A DNA stretch of 58,998 bases, the filler included, from Sphacelaria rigidula (Eukaryota): the NCBI GenBank assembly GCA_964200075.2. It is 10 parts of 10 records of this genome, joined end to end, with 100 filler letters (N's around TTAATTAATTAA, not from the genome) between each part and the next. Parts side by side here need not be neighbours in the genome. Positions count along the whole stretch, not along the records: positions 47,281 to 53,089 come from CAXNAA020024286.1; positions 53,190 to 58,998 come from CAXNAA020024287.1; 8 more parts are not named here. One strand, 5' to 3'. Made by a program: the position numbers and the translations under genes. Numbering within the stretch: the first letter of the stretch is position 1; each line of letters opens with the position of its first letter. The notes under the pieces were generated by a model. The model did not search any database. It had not been told where the DNA came from and was given only the letters and a program-made list of their open reading frames with translations. This document shows positions 50,338 to 58,998 of this stretch, in pieces.

Positions 50338-51582
50338 CAACTGCGCAGTACTCGTCTGTGACGAATATGAGAAAAATCCGGTAGAGCTTAAATGGAAGTG
50401 GGGAGAAGAGGAACTGCCGATCGCAGACCAGTATACGTACATTGGCGTAGGGATCTCAAGCAACTGTTCTTGGGATGCACACATAAACAAAGTTATAGAA
50501 AAGGGTAAGGCACGGATAGGCAGGATAGGACGTGATCCTCAGAGACTCGCACGTAGACACTAGGTTTAAGAGATGTATCCTGATGAACGTGATTGTACCA
50601 AAACTGGAATATGCAGGAGAAGTATGAGGGGGGAACGTCAAGTTGGTGGAGAAGTTGGAAACAGTACAGATGGCAACAGCTACGGAAATATTTCGATGCT
50701 CGAAAACGACGAGTGATACAGTTTTGAGAGCAGAGTTGGGAATGTACTCACTTAAAACAAACATAGACATGAGGAAATTGCGATGGCAATGTACGGAAGC
50801 TTCAAGAACATGCAGAGGAACAGATTGCCAGCTATAGTTGATAAGGCTGTATTGAAGAACAGTACGAAAGGGAGGCCTGGAATAAGGTGGGATACAGAAG
50901 TCGAGAAAGTATGAAAGGAGATAGGACGAAATCAAGACGAAATACTGTCCAGAGGTGAAGGTGAGGGGTACAAGACAACACTAAGAGACATGGTAGAAGT
51001 AAGGGAGAAAAGGAGCGCTCAGACGCAAAGTAGACGAGAAAGAACGTCTGAAGATATACGGGGAGTTGAGAGAGAGGATGGGGATGAAAACATATTTGCA
51101 TGATCCAATGGACGCTGCGAAATAACTGAAACTGCGATTTCGGGTGGGGAACCTGGACCTGCCAGAAAGAAGAAAGAGATATACCACACAGAACTGCCCC
51201 TGTTGCAAAGCAATAGAGAGCAGAAGTCATGTAGTGGCAGAATGTGAACTATACAAGGGGAAACGAGACGTGCTAGAGAGGGAAATGCGGGGTGTGAACG
51301 AAGGTGGCATGAAATCGTTTGATGCATTAGACAGTATAGCCAAAAAACGAAGGTTGTACTAGGAGATGGATGGTGGCCACAGACGGCGAAACAGGACGGG
51401 GATAAGATGTGTAAAAGACCGTTGTGTAACGCACGGAGGAGACGTAATGAGCATCCAAATATTGGACGTGTCTCTATTTGAGAGGAGTAGAAACGGTGCT
51501 TTGTCTCGAAAGGGATGCGTGGTCAATGGTCACACGACCAAGGCAAGCAACAAATGAGTACGCTCCCCTCCTCCCTCTCCCA
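50338..51582 (+). pseudogene. 5'-truncated LINE (RT thumb and C-terminal region with Cys/His knuckle; RTEX-like by inference), ending TGAGTACG plus a C-rich tail
   Basis: Motifs YTYIGV...WDAHINKVIEKG, VIVPKLEYAGEV, KLETVQM...VLRAELG and CPCCKAIESRSHVVAECELY. Frameshifts and stops present. The last frame ends ...TKASNK*, with the TGA inside TGAGTAC. Confidence 0.9.
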
Positions 51583-51769
51583 CTAGTACAGAATGAGGGC
51601 ATTATAGATATGAAAACAGCTGCAAGATAAACATAAGCACGGTCCGAGTCAAACCATCGTCTGTCTCTTGAGGTGAGAGATCGATGAAGTCACAGCCGCA
51701 GAACGGGGTGCGCGATATGGATCAAACCCACGGTTCATACATCTGATTTCAACAAGCTGAACCACCCAC

Positions 51770-51880
51770 CACCAGCCCTATAGCCTTAACCCAAACCGCA
51801 ACCCTGACTCCTAAGCCCAAGCCTAACCCTAGGCGTTTTCCCTAGTCTCACAATAACCTCAGCCCTTGCCCTAATCCTCC
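51770..51880. repeat. Degenerate (CCCTAA)n-like interstitial repeat
   Basis: Run of CCCTAA/CCCAAA/CCTAAC/CCCTAG-like hexamers. Confidence 0.55.
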
Positions 51881-51904
51881 GTTGTCATCCCGTCGCTCGT
51901 GCAG

Positions 51905-52214
51905 TAAGCACGCCTCCCGGTGGGAGCAGGCACGGTTGCGCGGCGCATCACGAGATAAACAGGGAGACGGAGAATTGCAACAAGCTCCTGCTGATGCGCC
52001 TGACGTCATTCAACGCCCGGCTATTGACGGAGCGGATACTGATGGTACCGGCGGTAGTGGCGGAGGGGGTAATGGGGCTGACGGCGGTGCCCATGGGGGA
52101 GAGACTCGCGGCAAGGGTGGCGGAAATTGCCGGTTGGCGGGTCGTGTTGAGAACTGGGAACCTCCGGCAACGGCGGACCTGCGATCTTCGTACCGGTGGA
52201 ATGACGAGAGGAAG
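51905..52214 (+). CDS. Single candidate exon of a Gly-rich protein of unknown function
   Basis: GTGCAG| acceptor, AAG|GTAAGC donor and a 310-nt open frame (KHASRWEQARLRG...SSYRWNDERK). No partner exon identified. Confidence 0.5.
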
Positions 52215-53051
52215 GTAAGCCGGATAGATCGGAAGAATTCATTGCAGTCGACGTCCCCCGTCTTTTGAACGGAAGCTTCTAACCTGGAACATCCCGAAAG
52301 AGGGTTGTTCAGAGCGGGTAGGAACAGTCGTGTATAACAAACCGTTATTATGCGTTGATTTTAACATCCCAGAGTAGTTCGTAGAGAATAGTAGTATTAT
52401 AGCAGTTTTGTATGAAAGATTTAGAACAATAGGGACACGCGATTATGCGTTCGCATTTATACATGAGACCTACAATAATAGAAAGGGGTTGACGGCTACG
52501 AGGCCGAAGGATTGATCTCTTAGCTGCACGCGTGGGTTCAATTGTCCGTGTATAAACGCATGCGTGCCCGCCGCAGACGTTCATGTTGATTATTTCATAC
52601 AAATCAACACTCTTTTAGTATCGTAAGATCCGAGAAATATCTAGCATTTCAGAGGGGTTGATCGATTAACCATTCGGCTGCGAGGTATTTCGGAATCTTG
52701 AGGAATATCTGCAGATGAATCCACGCATGGAAATCAAATCCCAGCAGAAGGAGCTGGCATTGGTTAGTATACAAAATTGCTGTATATATTATTGTACGAA
52801 ATAAAAAGTAGCACCATTCGGTTACCGTCCGAATCTGCAGCGAAGCAGTAGAACAGGTAACCGGCAGGTATTGTCGACCTGGATACGTTTTTTTTGTTGA
52901 CTGTGTCTAGGGCTTTCTCAGTCACATCTTATGGACACAATAATGCACAGGGATATAGCGGTAAGATATGACGCCACGGAAGCACTTGAACATGAATAGT
53001 AGCCATTAATAGCAGTTTAGGACCTTTTTCTCCCAGGAGTCATCCTGCGAT

Positions 53052-53089
53052 GGGGGAGGGGGGGGGCGTACTCATTTGTTGCTTGCCTT
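53052..53089 (-). mobile_element. LINE 3' end with C-run tail, cut by contig end
   Basis: Reverse complement AAGGCAAGCAACAAATGAGTACG-C9-T-C5; the first 23 nt are identical to 51540-51562. Confidence 0.8.
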
Positions 53090-53189
53090 NNNNNNNNNNN
53101 NNNNNNNNNNNNNNNNNNNNNNNNNNNNNNNNNTTAATTAATTAANNNNNNNNNNNNNNNNNNNNNNNNNNNNNNNNNNNNNNNNNNNN

Positions 53190-56090
53190 TCAACGGTCAT
53201 CATCCTGCTGATCACTACATAGCACATCATGTAGGCGATATTTCGTCACAAGCCCATTACTTTCGCTGTCATGCCCGGTAGGGACAACGTTGTTCTGTTT
53301 GGGATGGCGACGATGAAGGAGCACGGTATCAATTCGTATCCGCTGGCGTTGGATAAGTCACACCCGCGTGCTGTGCCGGTGCAAACCGGCGTGGAAAACC
53401 CCAGCTATCTTGCTGCGAGGCGTGTGATCGTATCCATTATAACATTCCAGAGCGCCAATGAGGAGGAGGCTCCCGCGGATGAAGCGGTGGAGCGCTTGGT
53501 CGATCGGGGGCCCGACATGTTTATGAACCCAGCGGAGGAGAGAGGTGCAAGAGAACGTGCGCTAGAGGATAGCGTGCAGCAGACCGAAGAGGGGGGCCTG
53601 AGCGCCGATGGCGCACATTGTCTGCATGATATTTTGGCTCGTCGCGTGGATACATTTCGTCGTGCGTTGCGTAGTGACCCGCCAGGGCGCGTAGAGCTCA
53701 CGACGGTGCACCTCAAGCCACAGGCAAAGACTGTGAAGGCCAAACCCCGACACTACGATCCGGTGAAGGCCGGGTGGCTTGCCTCATGCATTGAAGCGTT
53801 GGTGGCGTTTGGTTTAGTGCTCAGGAACATCTAGGCTGTGTGAGCGAATCCAGCGATGGCGGTGCCGAAGAGGCACACATTCCGTTTCGTCAGTGACTAT
53901 CAGGCGGTGAACGAGCAAGTGGAACAGTCTCCGGGGGTGATGCCAAGCCAAGAAGACATGCGGGAGTTGCTGGGAGCCCAATGCTTCGGCAAGTTGGACC
54001 TGCTACAGGGGTATTGGCCGATGCCTTTGGCGCCGGAGGCTCAGGGGATCTTCACGATCGTCACGCCTGACGGTTTGTTACGTCTACTTGTGTCCCGCAG
54101 GGCGTGTTGAACGCCACGGCGTATTCACAAGGTGGGCTGACTGACACTTTGCGAGGGCTTCACTGTAAAGTGTGGGTGGATGGCGTTTTTTATTTGCTGA
54201 AACCGAAGAAGCACTGTTTGCTTTGCTTGACGAAATTCTTGGCCACTTGGAGAGTGTTGGTCTGTTCGTCGCTGCGCATAAGTGCACATTTTTTGCCCGC
54301 GAAGTGGTTTGGTGTGGTAACGTGTACTCCAAGGGGACTGTTTAACATGGTCCCGTCCGCCTCCAAGGTTTGAGCAATATGCGACGTCCTCAAACCACTA
54401 GTGAGCTGATGCAGTTTCTGCAGGCGGTGAATTGGTTCCGGACTTCGCTCCCGCGCATGGTGGACGTAGTTGCGCCGCTTCGTGTGTTTTTGGAACAACC
54501 TATGGTCGGGGCTTCGCGTTGAATCAAGCGGGTGGCGCGTAGTCGTACCATCCCAAAGGACGTTTGGACGGAGGAATGTGTACGGACATGGCGTGCTGGG
54601 CAAGATTTGGTGGCGCAAGCGGTGCCGCTGTATCATCCTTGTCCAGGGTGCATTGTTCTGATGTTCCCAGATGCTTCGGATTTCCACTGGGGTGGTTTTT
54701 CAACGCAGGTACCTGTAGCCGAGTTTAGTGGTGGCATTGCGCTAGAAAACATGTCACACGAACCGTTGGCTTTTCTGAGTGGTAGTTTCAAGGATTCACA
54801 GTCGCGGTGGGCGACAGTTGACAAAGAAAGTTTCGCGATGGTCGATACATTTCGAAGGCTAGAGTACTTGCTTTGGGGTGGTGTTCGCATTTTCACGGAT
54901 CATCGCAATTTGAAATACATGTTTAACTGCGAAGAGTGTGTCACATCGGCGACGAATGGCATGGACAACGGCTTGAAAATTGGAAAGGAATGCTCGGCCA
55001 ATATCGGTACGCCATCAAACATGTTTCTGGAGGGCGCAATTGTTGGGGAGATCTGTTGTCTCGCCGGGTGAAGGTTTCTACCGGGCCTCTTCGTTCTGTT
55101 GCCGTGTACAACCCGTGTGATGTCGATGATTCGCTGCCCTCGTTAGATGTCCTTCTTACCGCGCAATGCAAAACACTCGGCGACGGTGTTCATCCTTTTC
55201 CTACGACTTTCGGTCAAGCTGCTTTGGCTGACGATGATTTGATTCGCTTGCGTGTTGGCAGTAGTGATTTTCTGCGGATTCCGTCGGATGATAAGGCTCT
55301 ACAAACTCGCTTGATGGTGTGNNNNNNNNNNCACGTGCGGTCGGCTGGTCACCGTGGTGTGGCGCCAACTCTGTTTCGTTTGAAAGAATACTGTGTGTGG
55401 CCTCACATGGATTCCCACGTTCGCGAGTTCGTTTGCCAGTGTTTGCATTGTGTAGACACTCGTGCTGGTGAGATTGTACCTCCTCCGTATGGAGATACTG
55501 TGCATGGCACAGCGTCAGGTGAAGTTGTTCACTTGGATTTTCTGTGCGTCGGAAGTAGCGGACCTGAAGGCGCTAATGGTTTGCCCGATGAGGATGGTTT
55601 TCGGTACGTTCTTGTCAATCATGGATGATTTGTCCAATTTCGTTTCGTTGGAGCCGACCGAGGCTTGCACCGCCGAAGTTACGGCTAAGCACTTCCTCCA
55701 TTGGTGCAAGACTTTGGGGGTGCCGCGTGTGTGGGTTAGTGATACCGCCACGCACTTAAAAAATCGAGTGATCGCGCAGCTGAGCGACGCGCTCAAGGTG
55801 CAACACCAATTTGCTGTTGCATATACCCCTCGGACGAATGGTGCTTGTGAACGCATGGTAAAAGAGGGTATTCGTGCGTTGCGGTCCATTTTGTCGGAAC
55901 AGAGACGGCCGGTGTCTGAATGGGTTGATGTTTTCCCACCTGCTTAGTGGGCGTTGAATACTTCTTTTTGTGAACGCTACCGTAACACTCCGTATTGAGT
56001 GATGTTGGAGCGTGCGCCGCGTACCGCGTTTTCCGCGCTGGCGTCTGTCACTGGCGGCGAGTAGAACGTCGATGTCATGGATGCTGTGAT
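53190..56090 (+). pseudogene. Ty3/gypsy pol, decayed (protease end, RT, RNase H, integrase)
   Basis: RT motifs FGKLDLLQGYW and VWVDG (degenerate YxDD); RNase H DASDFHWGG...KESFAMV...TDHRNL; integrase AGHRGV...CLHC, SDTATHLKN, NGACERM. The RT-RH-INT order defines Ty3/gypsy. Multiple stops and frameshifts. Confidence 0.93.
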
Positions 56091-56213
56091 CAGGGGATCA
56101 CCAGGTGTGTGCTCCAACAACCTCCATTAATAATCTATATAATCCATGGTGGTGTTCAGAAAAGGGAGAATGTCGTTTGCCGATACTATATCGGCTAAAG
56201 TGCAGGGTGAAAA

Positions 56214-56345
56214 CGCGCGGTCTAATGGGCACACTGTCACCGCATCAGGGTGTACAGAACGTGGGTTCGATTCTCTCTAGATGCACCCCCCTTTAGCCTT
56301 CCGAAATATATTATTTCCACCGTCGAAACCTTGAGGACGCAAGGA
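56214..56345 (+). mobile_element. tRNA-derived SINE family 2
   Basis: A-box-like CGGTCTAATGG and B-box GGTTCGATTC. Related copies at ~5600-5712 (-) and ~18712-18825 (+). Confidence 0.55.
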
Positions 56346-57387
56346 GAGGTGAGTTGATCTCTTGAGACCACGGACTCGTCCGCAGAAAGGGAGGGTTTAG
56401 GGCGTGAAAAAAAACGTGTGCCGATAGAGAGATGAATACAAATAGCTCGTGTGCCGATAAAATACTTGGTCAAGTACAGCACGTCCCAAACATTCGGCAG
56501 GAATTGTATGCTGCGATTCTGCCATGTATGATCATTGTGATGGGGCGATGAAGTATGTTGACGTCTACGCAGCGTGAGGTTACCCGCTGGGTGACCGGTA
56601 TCCGCATGCACAAGTCCCACACTCTTACCAGGTGCGTTGTATTTTCTGTGCTACGCGCAGCACTACCTCGGCTTCCACGCCTCCTTTCAGAATAATACTT
56701 TGTGGGAACCTCATTATTCTATCAACGTTGTCGTACTACGTGAAAAAATCACCCGCACTATCCTCTGCAGTGTACATTATCGGAAAATGAGTTACGCAGT
56801 ACAACTCAACCTATCGGAAACATGTGAACAAGGGCTCAACGCTAGTCATTTGTGTAAGGGGGGGCATTTTAACGAACTAAGAAAAGTGGGGACGCGCCGT
56901 GAGATCGAGAGTGATTCTGGCGATTTCGGTTTTTTTGTCTTTTCAATTGGTTGAGAGTTGATGATGGGCAACCAATTGGAGGGACAAAGGAAAAAACCAA
57001 ACAGAGCTAAAAGCGCTGCCAGAATCGCTCTTACTCTCACGGCGCGTCCTCACTTGTCTTGTCTCGTTTTAATACACAGCGAGTGATGCTACGGTATAGG
57101 GGTGCACAAGTATGTTTTGAGGTTGGAATTATTAGGATCCCTTTATCTCATCCAAGACACGACTTATGAAATATAGATCGCTCTGCTTCGCATCACAGTT
57201 CCAATTTTTCTATCCTTTCTCACATTGGAATGAAATGGAAAAGGGACAGAAGAGACAGACACCCTCAATGAAGAGAAGCAAGAACGGCATTCAAGCAGAA
57301 GGAGGGACGGGGAAAAAGTAAGGGCCATAGATTGACGATGACAATTCTTTCGCGCATCGCACCACGCAAATTTCAGACATTATCGTT

Positions 57388-58496
57388 CTAGTCCGAGTGA
57401 CATCCTTCCACGTGCGCGAGGCTGCGGAGGAAGGCGGAGCTGAGACCGGAGTCGTCGCTCGGCAAGTTCCCGCTAGGTTCTCTCGATCTATCCCTGGCCA
57501 CTACTTGGAGATCCGTCTTGACGTACGCGTACAACACGTGTGTCCCGGAATGCCAGTGGGCATCGAACGAGGCAAACGCGCTAGTGCCACCCCCAGTAGT
57601 GCAATCGTACTTGAGCCATTTCCACTGCAAACGGAACTGCGTGACGTAGTGGGCGCCCACCCAGATGAGTTACGCAACCGAGATCAAGGAGTACTCTACG
57701 CCTAAAGAGAGAGTCTCGGACGCGTCGGGGGAAAAGCCAACGACTGCGTCGACGGCAGCAACACTCGACTAAATAAATAGGCGGTCGGGGGCAGGAAATT
57801 CCAAAAACACATGTCCGATGGGATGACCCCGCATGAAGGACAAAATCCCGCCCCGGGGTAAGAAAAGTCAAGACAACTACATCCCAACAATAAATTAACC
57901 ACGGCGGCTTGCAGAGTTCTACTATTTCCGTGAGGAACCATGAAGATAACTGGGTCACGCAACGCCGCAGATTGCTCGGGTGTTATCGTCCGCAGGCTAT
58001 GGTCGTCTACGGAGCAAGTAGCGTGGCGCCTCCACGAGATCCCAACAGATTCTCGCGTAAGCAAAACCAGTTCGAGATTGCTGGCGCGTGTGCGGCCAGT
58101 TCGCTGGCACGTGAGGCTTGCGTCTTTGGCAAATGGCTTCGAACACGCTCGCCGTGTCGCCTATTTGATCACCGCTTCGGGGTAAACCGCCGTCTGACAC
58201 GACGAAGTCGCGCGCTTCCGCCAGCTTCACCTGGTGAAGGTTAGTTGGCATTTGGGAGAGTTAGACGATGAAAGAGAGCTACGTAGCCGAATCAGTCCCA
58301 GGGTGGTTGAATTCAGGAAGTGCGGTTTAGTGGAAAATCTACCCGGCTAGTCAGAAACGAAGGATTTGTCCGGTCAGTCAGAATAGAACCGCAGAATTGC
58401 ATAAGGTCATCTGCAGAAGGCCTTCGGTGCACCTTTCCTAGCTCTGCTGCCTCTTTAGGGTCAAGCACCTTTGATCCATCGACTCTTTGGGGCTCT
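57388..58496 (-). pseudogene. Decayed ubiquitin-specific-protease (peptidase C19)-like domain; putative intron 58342-58231
   Basis: Ordered motifs DQIGDTASVFEAI, GISWRRHATCS, TLQAAVVNLL, CPSC, LPPTAYLF, FPPT and a His-box-like VEYSLISVA*LIWVGAHYVTQFRLQWKWLKYD...VLYAYVK. GT...CTAAC...CAG intron. The Cys box was not seen. Confidence 0.5.
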
Positions 58497-58615
58497 GAGG
58501 GCGTGTCTTAGCACTTTCGTTTTCGATCGAAAAATTGCGGTCAAACTTGTTTTTGCCGATCTCATAAGCCCACCGCATTCACGTGCCTTGAAGGCTTCAA
58601 CTCAAAATAATAAAC
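58497..58615 (+). repeat. Dispersed repeat also found at ~1504-1735
   Basis: Shared AGGGCGTGTCTTAG...TTTTCGATCGAAAA..TGCGGT. Confidence 0.6.
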
Positions 58616-58998
58616 TAACGCTTGTTTTTTATTTCAGAGCGCAAATATCTCAGGAGCAGAGTGCAGAAAAATGAAAACAACTCATCGAAAAGAAGTCAAG
58701 GGGATACCACATTTGACGAATGGGGGAACTGATTTTTCGTTACTCTCTGATCCTGAGATATTTGAACTCCGAAATGACAAAAAAGGGTTTCCGAAAATCT
58801 CCAATATCACCAAAAATAATACTCGTAAAGTGGACTTTATGCTCGATTGATGCTCGCATGTTCGAAACAATCATGCTCGATACATGCTCGTAATATCCAA
58901 CAAGGATGGCATTCTCGACCGGATACAGAGCCACCGATCACTGTAAACAGTAGTTTCGTGAGATTGAGAGTCTACGATACGATTGAGAGTAGGCTTTT

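Noticed and set aside
1..58998. Gene neighbourhood or operon-like system linking importin, bL9, GEF and retroelements
   Set aside because: These lie on separate contigs that are adjacent only because of similar length.

Overview
This is not one locus. It is ten unrelated, size-sorted contigs of 5,809-5,811 bp, joined by a synthetic 100-nt spacer (44 N + TTAATTAATTAA + 44 N), so adjacency across spacers has no biological meaning. The DNA is eukaryotic, with short exons, long GT-AG introns and dense repeats. A brown alga (Phaeophyceae) is inferred from gene structure and repeat style but not proven. Host gene fragments: importin alpha (4 phase-consistent exons), organellar ribosomal protein bL9 (3 exons to the stop), a probable Sec7/BIG-type ARF-GEF N-terminal region, and exons of two low-complexity proteins. 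Most of the rest is mobile DNA: two decayed Ty3/gypsy pol genes, a ~1,300-codon gag-like ORF, a 5'-truncated LINE, a decayed hAT-like transposase, several MITE families (TTAA, TA, 4-bp and 8-bp TSD types) and two tRNA-derived SINE families. The most unusual signals are (i) non-LTR retroelements whose copies end in TGAGTAC followed by a poly(C) run instead of poly(A), (ii) a decayed, nearly intronless USP/peptidase-C19-like domain in TE-rich DNA, and (iii) a Ty3 pol with a long RNase H-integrase insert and an extra domain after the chromodomain. All family assignments come from motif recognition by eye; no searches were run.
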